Assembly (NCBI GenBank): GCA_963724295.1
Contig: CAVRUC010000003.1
Location: 107,955 to 171,954 of the forward strand
Origin: an uncultured Chloroflexia bacterium
Lineage (GTDB): Bacteria; Chloroflexota; Chloroflexia; Thermomicrobiales; UBA6265
Direction: 5' to 3'
Length of the DNA stretch: 64,000 bases
Part shown: positions 10,038 to 20,961 of the stretch, piece by piece
Layout: each line of letters begins with the position of its first letter
How positions within the stretch are numbered: position 1 is the first letter of the stretch
Program-made: the position numbers and the translations under genes
Notes under the pieces: model-generated
Told to the model about the DNA's origin: nothing
The model's database searches: none
Seen by the model: only the letters and a program-made list of their open reading frames with translations

Positions 10038-10324
10038 CGGCGCGTCCCTCTCACACGATCATTGCACGCTCAACCGCCGCCACGGGCCCAACCCCCGATG
10101 ATGGCGAGCGCATCGCTTGCGGCACGTCACTCGGCGGGGATGGCAGGCAGGTCACGGACGTCCGTCGTGCTCGCAGTCTAGCGAACGAGACGGCTCTCCG
10201 CAATCCTCTGTGACAGTACGTACACAAGAAAACCGCTAAAGGATCGGGGTCGAGCCCCTTGCGCCGAATTTCCGTGCCTTTCTGGCACCGGTCATTGACG
10301 ATCGGGATCGTGCCGCGGCCGAGT

Positions 10325-10418
10325 TAGGGTAGGGTGATGGGGTCATAGGGTGATAGGGCGATTGGCTATTGGCCATCTGACGACTCACGACTCACCGACT
10401 TACCGACTTACCGACTCC
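10325..10418. repeat. Composite short tandem repeats (GGGTGAT-like, then CCGACTTA-like)
   Basis: Directly visible; reverse complement matches the layout at 18071-18197. Confidence 0.75.
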
Positions 10419-10421
10419 CGG

Positions 10422-10973
10422 CTAGTGCGCTCCAAATCCCGCCTCTTGGGGAAGACGGGGGGCGTACCAGCCCATCCGGTAGCGGAAGGCGCCATCGGCA
10501 CCGGGACGGCGGCCGACCGTGCGGAAACCGATACCCTCGAACCAGCCCTTGCCGACTTCGTCGGCTTCGACCGTCATCGGCTTGCGCCCGCAACGGCGAA
10601 GAGCGTCGACGAGCGCGGACCGCCCGTAGCGCTGCCCGCGCCACGATGGCGCGACCGCCAGCCAGGGCAGCTCGTAGCTCAACCCCGCTTTGCGCAGTCC
10701 GTAGACGGCGATCAACTCATGGCCGTCGAGCCAGCCGTAGATGGCGCCCTCTGGGTCGTCGCGCAGCGCGCTGATTGCCGCGGCGGCAGCCTCTGCCGAT
10801 CCCAGCGATGGACAATCGGCGAGCATGCGGGCCGCCTCTGGATCGAGCTCGAACGGCGAGCGGTCCCCATCCCGGATCGCGGGCGACGCCGGCGTCGCCC
10901 CTACGAGCCGTCTCGCCGTGACCCTCCGGGTGCCCCCGTCTGACGTGACCCTGCGGGTGCCCCCGTCTGCCAT
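10422..10973 (-). CDS. GNAT family acetyltransferase
   Basis: LAVAPSWRGQRYGRSALV acetyl-CoA motif A; WFEGIGF; start abuts the upstream stop codon. Confidence 0.8.
   Translation of the reverse strand: MADGGTRRVTSDGGTRRVTARRLVGATPASPAIRDGDRSPFELDPEAARMLADCPSLGSAEAAAAAISALRDDPEGAIYGWLDGHELIAVYGLRKAGLSYELPWLAVAPSWRGQRYGRSALVDALRRCGRKPMTVEADEVGKGWFEGIGFRTVGRRPGADGAFRYRMGWYAPRLPQEAGFGAH
10878..10904 (-). repeat. GTAG-type REP palindrome inside the GNAT ORF
   Basis: GTAGGGGCGACGCCGGCGTCGCCCGCG; one mismatch to 35656-35682. Confidence 0.75.
10917..10970. repeat. 27-bp tandem duplication (DGGTRRVT twice) at the GNAT N-terminus
   Basis: CGTGACCCT(C/G)CGGGTGCCCCCGTCTG repeated twice. Confidence 0.85.
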
Positions 10974-12314
10974 TCAGAGCGACTCGAGGAGTGTGGCAAA
11001 TGGCTTAGGATCGGTATACGGACCGAGCAGGGCCAGGCTCAGCCGGTCGGGGCGGAACAGTTCCCGCGCCAGCTCCTGGACCTCTTCGGCGGTGACGGCG
11101 TCGATCTTCTCCATCACCTCTTCCGGGGTCTTGATCTCGCCGTAGGTCGACTCCTGCGAGCCGATCCAGGCCGCCACCGAGCGGCTGTCCTCGAACCCCA
11201 TCAGCAGGCGGCCCTTGCGCAGCTCCTTGGTGCGAGCGAGCTCATCCTCCGGCACTCGCTCGTCGCGCAGCTTCCGCAGCTCCCCCACCAGGGCCTCGAC
11301 GGTCTCCTCGACGCGCTCCAGATCGGTTCCCGCCGCCAGCACGCCCTGCCCGACGTCGGCGTACGGCCGGAAGTAGCCGAAGACCGAGTAGACGAGACCG
11401 CGCTTCTCGCGGATCTCCTGGAAGAGACGAGAGCTCATCCCCGAGGAGAGGATGGCCTCGATCGTCGATTGCACGTAGCGCCGTTCGGTTGAGTAGGGCA
11501 GCGCCGGCATGGCCAGACAGAGGTGGGCCTGCTCGGTCTCGCGCTCGATGAGCCGCACCCGCGCCTCGTTCTGGTCCTCGACGGTATCGGTCGTCTCATC
11601 CGGCGCCGGGTGCTCCGTGAGGTCGCCGAAGTAGCGCTCGGTCAACGCGACGACCTCGTCGTGCCGCACGTCGCCGCCGGCGGCGATGACCAGCCGGCTC
11701 GGTCCGTAATTCCGCTGCCAGAAATCGACCATCGTCTCCCGGTCGATCCCGCCGACGGTCTCCTCGGTGCCGGCGATCGAGCGACCGATCGGTTGGTCAC
11801 CCCAGACCACTTCGTCGATGACGTCGTGGACCAGCTCTTCCGGGGAGTCCTGCGTGGCGCGGATCTCCTCGAGGATGACGAGGCGCTCCTTGTCGAGCTC
11901 GGCGGGGTCGACGACTGAGTTGCGGACGATGTCGGCCAGAACGTCGTACCCGGCCGCGAAGTGCGACGACGGCGACTTGAACCAGTAGCTCGTACCCTCG
12001 CGGGACGTCGCCGCGTTGAGCACGCCGCCAACGCCCTCGATCTCCTCGGAGATCTGCATCGGATCGGGACGGCGCTCGGTGCCCTTGAAGAGCATGTGCT
12101 CCAGGAAGTGCGACACCCCGGAGATGCGGGCGGGCTCGTAGCGCGAGCCAACGGAGTAGGAAACAATCAGGGTTCCGCTCTTGACCCCGGTCATGGGTCC
12201 GGTGACGACCCGCACGCCATTGGGAAGCGTCGTCTTGTGGTACGGGTAGGGAGCCTCGACCTGCTGCACTTTGGTTCGGGGGTTCACGGAAACGGACAAC
12301 CAGAGCTCCTGCAT
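10974..12314 (-). CDS. M16 family (pitrilysin-like) zinc peptidase
   Basis: SHFLEHMLFKGT inverted zinc motif; MSSRLFQEIREKRGLVYSV. True start may be GTG 12269. Confidence 0.93.
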   Translation of the reverse strand: MQELWLSVSVNPRTKVQQVEAPYPYHKTTLPNGVRVVTGPMTGVKSGTLIVSYSVGSRYEPARISGVSHFLEHMLFKGTERRPDPMQISEEIEGVGGVLNAATSREGTSYWFKSPSSHFAAGYDVLADIVRNSVVDPAELDKERLVILEEIRATQDSPEELVHDVIDEVVWGDQPIGRSIAGTEETVGGIDRETMVDFWQRNYGPSRLVIAAGGDVRHDEVVALTERYFGDLTEHPAPDETTDTVEDQNEARVRLIERETEQAHLCLAMPALPYSTERRYVQSTIEAILSSGMSSRLFQEIREKRGLVYSVFGYFRPYADVGQGVLAAGTDLERVEETVEALVGELRKLRDERVPEDELARTKELRKGRLLMGFEDSRSVAAWIGSQESTYGEIKTPEEVMEKIDAVTAEEVQELARELFRPDRLSLALLGPYTDPKPFATLLESL

Positions 12315-12471
12315 CTAGACACGGCCGCGGCGGCCGCCTGTCGCCACCTTCAAGTTAAGAAATCCCGGCGGCCGGTTTGTTCGGTCTGAACCCATTGCCT
12401 GTCGGGTACCGTAGAGTGTACGCGGAAGACCGGCGTCGCGAGGACGCGGCGGGACAGCGGGAGGTTTGAGG

Positions 12472-12930
12472 ATGGATCCGATCGTGGCGAAGATCGCCGA
12501 GCAGTTTCAGGTGGTCCACGGACTGCTTCGCGACGAGGTGCGCGATCTCTCTGTCGACGAGCTGAACTGGAAACCGGCGCCGGAGACGAACTCGATCGCG
12601 GTTCTGGTGGTGCACACGCTCGGTTCCGAAGCCGAGGTCCTGCGCGTCGCGGCCAACGTGCCGGGCGAGCGCGACCGGCCCGCCGAGTTTCGGGTCACGG
12701 CGAACAATGCCGAAGATCTGTTGCGCGAGATCGATCAGGCCGACGCGTACATCGAAGCGATGGCGCCGCGGATCACCGCCGACGATCTCGCCGCCGAGCG
12801 TCCGCGCGGCGACCGCCCGGCGGAGACCGGACTGCACTGGCTGCTCACCAATTACGGCCATGCCCGCGAGCACCTGGGGCATATCCAGCTCACGAAGCAG
12901 CTCTACGCCGAATCCAATCAGGCGCGCTGA
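12472..12930 (+). CDS. DinB/YfiT family protein
   Basis: ELNWKP..NSIAVLVVH...HAREHLGHI His ligands; GGAGG RBS. Confidence 0.8.
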   Translation: MDPIVAKIAEQFQVVHGLLRDEVRDLSVDELNWKPAPETNSIAVLVVHTLGSEAEVLRVAANVPGERDRPAEFRVTANNAEDLLREIDQADAYIEAMAPRITADDLAAERPRGDRPAETGLHWLLTNYGHAREHLGHIQLTKQLYAESNQAR

Positions 12931-12937
12931 CCCGGGC

Positions 12938-14164
12938 TCAGCCAGCCGGCGTCAACTCCGGCAGCAGGTTCTCCAGCGCGGTCATGAGGGCCTCCAGATC
13001 ATCCCGCGTGTTGTAGCCCTGGAACGAAACGCGGATGAACGGTTTCTCGTCCCACGACGTGATGGGCGCCTCGACCCGATATTCGTCGTAGAGGCGGCGC
13101 TTCAGCGCCTTGCCGTCGATCCCCTCGGGCAGGGGGGCGACGGCCATCTGGCGAAACCAGCGATACCCGTCGGGACTCTCGACCGGCGCGAGCCGCGGCA
13201 GACCGGAGAGCGCGGCGATCCGCTCCCGCGCTTCCAGCGCGAGGGCGTGGCATCGCTCGCGCACGGTTTCCCAGTCACGGGATTCCTGGTACGCCACCGC
13301 CGCCGGGGCGGAGAGAAACGCCGCGATATCGCGGGTGCCCTGGATCTGATTGCGGGAGACGAACTGGTTCTCCGGCCGGTAATGGTCGTTTCCTTCCACC
13401 CAACCCCAGGAGACGATCGGTGACTCGAGCCAGTGCTGCTGGTCCGGGCGAGCATAGAGAAACCCGGAACCTTTCGGCGCGCAGAGCCACTTGTGAAAGT
13501 TGCTGGCGTAGAGATCGGCGCCGATAGCGTGCAGGTCGACGGGCCATTGACCGACCGCGTGCGCGCCATCGACGACAGTGAGGATTCCCGCCTCGCGCGC
13601 CCGCCGCGCCACCGCCTCGACGGGAAGGCGCAACGCCGTACCGGAGGTGACATGGGAGAGAAAGATTGCCCGCGTGCGAGGCGTGACCGCGGCGAAGATC
13701 GCCTCGACCACCTCGTCCGGCGAGGTCAGCGGCAACGGCACATGCGCCTTGACGTAGCGCGCGCCGCGCACCCGGCAGAACCACTCCCAGCTCCGCTCGC
13801 AGGCGCCGTACTCCAGGTCGGTGCCGACCACCTCGTCGCCAGGCTCGAGTCGGAGGGACTTGGCCACGATGTTGATCCCGGTCGTGGCGTTGGGCACGAA
13901 AACCAGATCGTCTCGCTCGCAGCCGAGATAGGCCGCCATCGCGGCGCGAGCCTCGTCCAGCAAGTCCTCCGCGCGCCGTCCCAGGAACTCGACCGGCTGC
14001 CGCTCCAGCTCCCGCTGCCAGCGGCCATATTCGGCGAACACCGGCTCCGGCGTGGCCCCGAACGATCCGTGGTTGAGAAAGACGACGTCGGGATCGAGCA
14101 GGAACTCCTGGCGCAGCGCCTCCGCCGGCGGCGCGCTCACGGGCATGGACAGGGTCAGGGGCAC
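12938..14164 (-). CDS. Class V PLP-dependent aminotransferase (isopenicillin N epimerase/C-S lyase-like)
   Basis: FLNHGSFGATP, VDGAHAVG, SNFHKWLCAPKG and QGTRD motifs. Confidence 0.88.
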   Translation of the reverse strand: MPLTLSMPVSAPPAEALRQEFLLDPDVVFLNHGSFGATPEPVFAEYGRWQRELERQPVEFLGRRAEDLLDEARAAMAAYLGCERDDLVFVPNATTGINIVAKSLRLEPGDEVVGTDLEYGACERSWEWFCRVRGARYVKAHVPLPLTSPDEVVEAIFAAVTPRTRAIFLSHVTSGTALRLPVEAVARRAREAGILTVVDGAHAVGQWPVDLHAIGADLYASNFHKWLCAPKGSGFLYARPDQQHWLESPIVSWGWVEGNDHYRPENQFVSRNQIQGTRDIAAFLSAPAAVAYQESRDWETVRERCHALALEARERIAALSGLPRLAPVESPDGYRWFRQMAVAPLPEGIDGKALKRRLYDEYRVEAPITSWDEKPFIRVSFQGYNTRDDLEALMTALENLLPELTPAG

Positions 14165-14182
14165 GAGATCCTCCCGAAATAG

Positions 14183-14224
14183 CCCTCACCCCCTACCCCC
14201 TCTCCCATGGCCATGGGAGAGGGG
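14183..14224. repeat. REP-like palindromic element, copy 2
   Basis: CCCTCACCCCCTACCCCCTCTCCCATGGCCATGGGAGAGGGG, with a long terminal inverted repeat. Confidence 0.75.
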
Positions 14225-14258
14225 AACGTAGAGGTCGTGAATGGGTTCGAGGCAGAGG

Positions 14259-16091
14259 CTAGAGGTCGCCGCGACCCGGAGGCGCGTCAGCGCCGATGTA
14301 GAGCTCGGCCGGCACCGTGCTCATCGCGGAGTACCCCGGCCAGTGAATGCTGGTGATGCCGTTGGCGTCCGGCTCCAGCGCCGCGCCCTTCACCCACGGT
14401 TTCACGAACTGGACAGGAGTCCCGTGAAAGATGAAGACCGCCGGCACGTCCTCGACGAGGATGCGCTCCGCGTCCTGGAACATCTTTGTCCGCTCGTCGG
14501 GATCCCCGATGAACGAGGCCGCGTCTTTGACGAGTTGATCGAACTCTTCGTTCGCCCAGGAGTGGCGCCCTCCGGAGAGCCAGACCGAGAGCATGTTGAA
14601 CGGGTCGAGGAAGTCCATGCCGTAATCGACCCACCCGAAGAGCACTTCGGTCGGCTTCGCGGTCAGGGCATCCATGAAGGTGTCCTGATCGACGTCCTGC
14701 ACCTCGACCGCGATACCCAGGTTCTCACGCAGCATGTCCCGCGACCGCCTGCGACACCGAGCCGGTCAGTGGGTTCGGGTTTCGTACTTGCAGCACCTGA
14801 GCTGGAAAGCTCGATCCGTCGGCAAAGCCCGCGCTCGCCAGCAACTCTTTCGCCATTGCCGGATCAAAGTTCTGAATGCTGGAGAGTTCCTCGCCGTTTG
14901 CGGCCGGGAATCCCGGCGCCAGCCAGGAATAGGCAGGAATGCCCGCCGGTCCCAGGATTTGCTGCTTGATCGCGTCCCGGTCGATGGCGTGACTGAAGGC
15001 TTGTCGCACCTCGAGCGAGTCGAACGGTGCCTTCGTGACGTCGAAGAACAAATAGTACGTGCGGAAGTCGCCAACCGAGGAATAGATCTGGTCCGGGAAC
15101 TCGGCCTGTGCCACCAGGAGATCGGCCGGAGCCGGGTCCATGCATGAAGTCGATCTCATCGTTCTGGTACATGATGAACCAGGTGCCGGTATCGGCGAGC
15201 TTGATCACCACCCGGTTGACCGGCACCTGCAGCGAGCCCTTGGTAATCGGGGTTCTTCTCGTAGACGACCCGCTGGTCGACCAGCCACTCGGCCAGCCGC
15301 ATCGGTCCGGAGCTCACCGAGGTCTCCACGTTGGAGTTGTAGAGGGGACCATGCTCCTCTAGTGCCGCGGCCGAGAGCGGGCAGGAGTAGAGAAGCATGG
15401 ACGGCAGGTACGGCGCCGGCACCTGCGTCTCGATGATCAGCTCGTGCTCATTCGCGCCCTGGCGCACGCCGAGCTCCTCGAGCGGGATCTCGCCGGCAAT
15501 CGCCTCGTCCCATCCCTTCATGACTCCCTGGAAATACCAGGTGAAGTCCCAGGCATGAGCCGGGTCCGCGCCGTAACGGAACGTCGCCACCCAGTCGTTA
15601 GCGGTGACCGGGTTGCCATCATTCCACATCAGGGCCGGATCGAGCGTGAAGGTCCAGACGGTGCCGTCTTCGTTCCCGCTCCACTCCAGCGCCGCGGCTG
15701 GGATAATCTCGAAGTCTCGGTTCAGGCGAACCAGGGGATCGGAGAAGATATCGGATGACCCGTCCGATAGCCGCTCGTAGACCGACTCATAGAAGTCCGG
15801 CGTCTTGTCGAGATTCGGCTTGGTTCGGCACGACGTAGACCTGCTGGTCGGGCGGAGCCGCATCGTCGGGCAGCGCGACATCCTGAGCGCGGGCATGCCG
15901 CCGCCGCCGGGCCGAGCCGCAGGTCTCGCCCGCCGAGCGCCATCAGCCCGGCAAAACCGAGAGTGCCGCCCAGCAGCGAGCGACGCCGCAGCCGCTGATC
16001 CATGAGCGCGATGCGCCGCGCGATGACGGACGGATCGCGTGGGATCGTCCGATCCGGGAATCAGCGGCCGGGATACCTTCTTTTCGCTCAC
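14259..16091 (-). CDS. Peptide/nickel ABC transporter substrate-binding protein (family 5, Tat signal); several frameshifts
   Basis: GAGGAGG RBS plus GTG 16091; [40 protein letters not shown]; pieces lie in several reading frames. Confidence 0.85.
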
Positions 16092-16162
16092 GTCGAGCCT
16101 CCTCAATATCTGATACGTCATCGGCGCCGCCCGCGCCGTCGCGGGCGTGCTCCGTATGGCGG

Positions 16163-17089
16163 CTAATTCTGGCGCGGGTCCATCGCGTCCCGCAGACCAT
16201 CCCCGACGAAGGTGAAACCGAGCATCGCCAGGGCGATGGCCAGCGTCGGGAAGAATCCGAGATACCAGTAGACGCGAATGTACTGCGCGCTGTCGGCGAC
16301 CATTTTACCCAGACTCGGCGTCGGCTCGTTGATGCCGATACCGAGAAAGCTCAATCCCGCCTCGGCGAAGATCGCGGTCGGGATGGCCAGGGTGATGGCG
16401 ACGATCAGCGGCGCCAGGGCATTGGGCAGCAAGTGGCGGACGGCGATCCGCGCTTCGGGCATGCCGAGAGCTCGCGCCGCTTGCACGAACTCCTGTTCGC
16501 GCAGCATCAGGAGCTGCGATCTGGTCAGCCGGCAAAGTGTCACCCAGCTTGTCACCCCGATCGCGATGATGATGTTGCGCACGCCACCGCCCATGACTGT
16601 CACGAGGAACATGGCAAAGAGAATTCCGGGGAAGGCGACCATCACTTCGACCGCGCGCATGACCGTGAAGTCGACCCAGCCGCCGCGCAATCCCGCCGCC
16701 AGGCCCAGCGGGATGCCGATCAAACAGGCGATGGCCACCGCCGAGAACCCCACGATCAAGGAGGTGCGCGTGCCGTAGATCACCCGCGTCAGCACGTCAC
16801 GACCGACGGCATCGGTGCCGAAGGGATACGTCGCGCTCGGAAACTGGTTCGCCGACATCAGATTGGCCGCCTCGATCGACGTCGGCGCGATCAGCGGGGC
16901 GAACAGGGCAACCCCAACCAGGAAGCCGGTGATGACCAGACCGATGACTGCCAGACGCTGCTGGAAGAAGCGACGCAGGGCACGACGGGTGTTCGAGACC
17001 GGCCGTCCCGCGATCCCCTCCAGGGTCTGGACCGGACTCGCCAGCAACTCGGTCTCAATACCGACGCGGCCGGGAGCCATGGTGCCCAT
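16163..17089 (-). CDS. ABC transporter permease (OppC/DppC-like)
   Basis: [43 protein letters not shown]. Confidence 0.9.
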   Translation of the reverse strand: MGTMAPGRVGIETELLASPVQTLEGIAGRPVSNTRRALRRFFQQRLAVIGLVITGFLVGVALFAPLIAPTSIEAANLMSANQFPSATYPFGTDAVGRDVLTRVIYGTRTSLIVGFSAVAIACLIGIPLGLAAGLRGGWVDFTVMRAVEVMVAFPGILFAMFLVTVMGGGVRNIIIAIGVTSWVTLCRLTRSQLLMLREQEFVQAARALGMPEARIAVRHLLPNALAPLIVAITLAIPTAIFAEAGLSFLGIGINEPTPSLGKMVADSAQYIRVYWYLGFFPTLAIALAMLGFTFVGDGLRDAMDPRQN

Positions 17090-17091
17090 CG

Positions 17092-18013
17092 CTAGATCAA
17101 CCGGATGCGCGGGTCGAGCAGGGTGTACAGGATGTCGGTGAAGAGATAGGTAATCCCCCAGACGACCGCCACCAGCAGCACCAGCGCCAGGATCATCGGG
17201 TAGTCGCGGGTCAGGGTCGACGTCACGAAGAAGCGACCGAGACCGGGCACGCGGAAGATCTGCTCGATGAAGATCGACCCGGTGAGGATATTGGGAATCT
17301 CCGGGATCATGATCGTCACGAACGGAATCATTGCGTTGCGGGCGACATGCCAGACCAGTACCCGGCGCTCGGCGAGTCCCTTGGCCCGCGCCGTGCGGAC
17401 GTGGTCCGCGCCCAGACTCTCCAACAGGCTGACCCGGGTGTAGCGTGCGACGAGCGACGTCGGTAGCAGTGAATAGGCGATGACCGGCAGGATGAGGTGG
17501 GCGGGGCTGCCCCACCCCCCCGTCGGCAACCATCCCAGTCCGACGCTGAAAAGCAAGATCAGCCAGATGGCAACCACGAAGTTTGGCACGACCATACCCA
17601 GCGTCGAACCGAACGTCACGCGCATAGTCGATCCAGGAGTTGCGATGCAGCGCCGCAAGCACGCCAAGCACGATGCCCAGCGGATAGGAGATCAGGATCG
17701 TTAGCGTCCCAATCATCAGCGTTACCGGCCAGGTCTGTTTGATCAGGTCGACGACCGTCTGGCTCGGACTCTGGAAGGGAATCCCGAAATCGCCGTGCAG
17801 CACGTTCCAGATGTAGCGGCCGTACTGGACCAGGATTGGCTGGTCGAAGCCGTACTTCGCGGCCCGCGCGATCTGCGTCGCCTCCGGTAGCTCGCGTTCT
17901 CCCGAGGCGAACGGATCGCCGGGAACCGCCCGCGTCAACAGAAAGGTGATGAGCGAGACGGCGAAGAGAACGAAGACCAGCCCGAGCAATCGCCCCAGGA
18001 TGTATCGCGCCAT
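17092..18013 (-). CDS. ABC transporter permease (OppB/DppB-like); frameshift near 17620
   Basis: [10 protein letters not shown]...[37 protein letters not shown]. Confidence 0.9.
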
Positions 18014-18070
18014 CGCGCCTCCCGCGCCGGCCGCGCAGAATCGTCAATGTTGAGCGGGTAGACTACACGA

Positions 18071-18197
18071 AAGTCGGAAGTCGGCAAGTCGGGAGTCGGA
18101 AGTGAGACGGCTGTTCGAAGACGGCAAGACGGCAAGACGGCGAGGAGTGGTGCCTGCACGCCCGTCACCCATCACCCATCACCCATCACCTAACACC
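18071..18197. repeat. Composite short tandem repeats: AGTCGG-like, AAGACGGC x3, ATCACCC-like
   Basis: Directly visible between divergent genes and overlapping the 5' end of the oxidoreductase. Confidence 0.75.
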
Positions 18198-20325
18198 CGG
18201 CTCCTCCGTCATCCGTGGCGCCTGCCCACACGACTGCCCGGACACCTGCGCCACGCTGGTCGAGGTGCGCGATGGCCGTGCGGTCGGATTTCACGGCGAT
18301 CCCGATCATCCCTTCACCCGGGGCTGGCTCTGCGCCAAGGTGCGTCCGTATCTGGACCGCGTCTACTCGCCTGACCGGCTGCAGTACCCGCTCCGCCGCG
18401 TAGGCGCCAAGGGGAGCGGCGAGTGGGCCCGTATCTCCTGGGATGACGCCATCGGTGAGATTGCGGAGCGGTGGCAGGGCATCATCGCCGAGCATGGCGC
18501 GGCGGCGATCCTCCCCTATTCCTTCAGCGGCACGCTCGGGTTGCTGCAGGGCGGAGTCGCCAGCATCCGTCTCTGGAACCGGATGGGCGTCAGCGGTCTG
18601 GAACGCTCGATCTGCGGCGCCGCTGCCGAAACCGCGGTCAAGATGACGCTCGGCGGACGCCTCGCCCCGGACGCTCGCGATGTTCGCCACAGTCGACTCA
18701 TCGTCATCTGGGGACACAACCCGGCCAGCACGTCGCCACACTTCATGCCCTTCATGCGTGATGCGCAGCGCGACGGCGCCTACGTCGTCGTCATCGATCC
18801 CCGGCGCTCGACGACCGCGCGATCGGCTGACGAGCATCTCCGGCCGCGCCCGGCGACCGACGGCGCGCTGGCGCTTGGACTCATGCACGTCCTCTTCGCG
18901 GAAGGACTTCATGACGAAGCCTGGCTGCGCCAGCACAGCGTCGGCTGGGAGGATCTGCGCCAGCGAGTGCAGGAGTACCCACCGCAGCGGGTCGCCGCGA
19001 TCACCGGTATTCCGGCGGAGCAGATCGTGGCTCTGGCTCGCCGGTATGGCACGACAAAACCGGCCCTGCTGAAGTTTGCCGACGGCATCCAGCGGCATGG
19101 CAACGGCGGTCAGACGTGTCGCGCGCTCGCCTCGCTCCCCGCGGTCGTCGGCCAGATCGGGGTGCGAGGTGGCGGGCTCTACTACTCCACCTCGGACTAT
19201 GTCTCCTGGCAAGGCGAGGCACTAAGCCATCGCTCTGAGTGCCCGCCCGAGCCGCGGCGGATCAACATGAATCGCCTTGGCGCGGCGCTGACCGGGGAGG
19301 TCAGCGATCCGCCGGTGATGAGTCTGTACGTCTTTGCCGCGAACCCGGTGAGCGCTTCGCCGAATGCCGGTCTCATTGTCGAGGGGATGCGCCGGGACGA
19401 CCTCTTCACCGTGGTCCACGAGCAGTTCATGACTGATACCGCGCAGCTGGCGGACATCGTGCTCCCGGCGACCACCCAGTTGGAGCAGGTCGATCTGCAC
19501 AAGCCCTACGGGCAGCGACACCTGCAATATAACCATGCGGCGATCGCACCCCTGGGCGAAGCCAGGAGCAACTGGGATGTCAGCCGTCTCCTGGCGCGCG
19601 CGATGGGATACGACGAACCGTGGCTCCACGACGAAGCGGAAGACGTGCTGCGCGAGATCCTGGACGCCTCCCGGCCGAAGAACCCAACGCTGGATGGGAT
19701 CACGCTGGAGCGGCTGCAGGCTGAAGGGACGGTGGCGTACACGTTCCCGGACGACGATTCGGTCCCATTCGCCGATGGCCGCTTCCGGACACCCTCGGGA
19801 AAGGTCGAGCTGCGCTGCGAGGCCATGGCCGCGCTTGGTCTCGATCCGGTGCCTGATTACCAGCCGCCCGCCGAGTTCGTGGCCGGTCTGGCGCCCGATG
19901 AAGCCGGGCAGCCACCGCTGGTGCTGATTACCGGCGCCGCCCACCACTTCGTGACCACGTCGATGGCGAACCAGCCGGGTCTCGTCGCCAAGGAAGGCAC
20001 GCCGTTCATCGAGATCAGTCCGGACGATGCCGCCGCGCGCCAGATCGTTCATGGTGAAGATGTCATCGTCTCGAACGAGCGGGGCTGGTGCACCTTGCGC
20101 GCCGTCGTCACCGACGACGTGCCCCCCGGCGTGGTCGTCTCCCCCAAGGGCCGCTGGGCCTCGCTCTCCGCGGACCGCCGCAGCGTCAACTGGCTCACCC
20201 CGGACGCCATCGCCGACCTCGCCGGACAGAGCACCTTTCACTCGAATCTGGTCCACGTCCGCCCCGCGACTACGGTCGTCACTGAGACCGTTCCGGACCC
20301 GATGCTGACTGCTGTCGCCGACTGA
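18154..20325 (+). CDS. Molybdopterin (DMSO reductase superfamily) oxidoreductase with N-terminal 4Fe-4S motif
   Basis: ACPHDCPDTC...HPFTRGWLCAKV in frame upstream of the called ORF; WGHNP; VVHEQFMTDTAQLADIVLPATT. Start codon uncertain. Confidence 0.9.
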   Translation: MHARHPSPITHHLTPGSSVIRGACPHDCPDTCATLVEVRDGRAVGFHGDPDHPFTRGWLCAKVRPYLDRVYSPDRLQYPLRRVGAKGSGEWARISWDDAIGEIAERWQGIIAEHGAAAILPYSFSGTLGLLQGGVASIRLWNRMGVSGLERSICGAAAETAVKMTLGGRLAPDARDVRHSRLIVIWGHNPASTSPHFMPFMRDAQRDGAYVVVIDPRRSTTARSADEHLRPRPATDGALALGLMHVLFAEGLHDEAWLRQHSVGWEDLRQRVQEYPPQRVAAITGIPAEQIVALARRYGTTKPALLKFADGIQRHGNGGQTCRALASLPAVVGQIGVRGGGLYYSTSDYVSWQGEALSHRSECPPEPRRINMNRLGAALTGEVSDPPVMSLYVFAANPVSASPNAGLIVEGMRRDDLFTVVHEQFMTDTAQLADIVLPATTQLEQVDLHKPYGQRHLQYNHAAIAPLGEARSNWDVSRLLARAMGYDEPWLHDEAEDVLREILDASRPKNPTLDGITLERLQAEGTVAYTFPDDDSVPFADGRFRTPSGKVELRCEAMAALGLDPVPDYQPPAEFVAGLAPDEAGQPPLVLITGAAHHFVTTSMANQPGLVAKEGTPFIEISPDDAAARQIVHGEDVIVSNERGWCTLRAVVTDDVPPGVVVSPKGRWASLSADRRSVNWLTPDAIADLAGQSTFHSNLVHVRPATTVVTETVPDPMLTAVAD

Positions 20326-20350
20326 GCTACCGGGTCACCTGACGGAGCGG

Positions 20351-20913
20351 ATGATGATCGCCACGCTACGCCCCCTCACCTACGACGACCTCCTGGAGAT
20401 GCCGGACGACGGGCAGCGTTACGAGATCATCGGGGGAGAGCTCGATCGTGACGCCGTCGCCATCCGCGAATCACCAGCGAGTTCTGTTGCCAGACTGATC
20501 TGGCTCGTTGACGATTTCGCGCGCGAGCCGGCGAGGGAGGGGTCTTTTCGCCCAGTTCGACGTGGATCTCGGTCGCCACGACATTGTCGAGCCTGATCTG
20601 GTCTTCATCGCGACTGAGCAAGGTCGCGTTCCGGGACGAGCACCACAAGTTCGATGGGTCGCCGGTTCTCGTCGTCGAGGTCGTTTCTCCGTCGTCGCGG
20701 CAGACGGACCGCGTCAAAAAAATGGCGCTCTACGCCCGATCTGGGGTTCTGGAGTACTGGATCGCGGATCCCGAACAGCGAACGCTGGTTGTCAACGTCC
20801 TCGAAGGACAGACTTATGTCCCGGTCGCGCCAGACACCGAGGGTTTATTCGTCTCGCGCGCGCTCCCAGGGCTACGCATCGACCCCGCGACGATCTTTGC
20901 CGCGCTGGAGTGA
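20351..20913 (+). CDS. Uma2 family endonuclease-like protein; frameshifted
   Basis: LTYDDLLEMPDDGQRYEIIGGEL; VEPDLVF; LVVEVVSPSS..DRVKKMALYARSGVLEYWIADP, split over three frames. Confidence 0.85.
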
Positions 20914-20961
20914 GCTTCCCATCAATTGCTTGGCTTCGGCGATTCGTGCCACATTGCTCCT

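Noticed and set aside
20351..20913. Uma2 nuclease as a defence system
   Set aside because: Stand-alone Uma2 genes are common in this lineage; no methylase or partner genes are adjacent.
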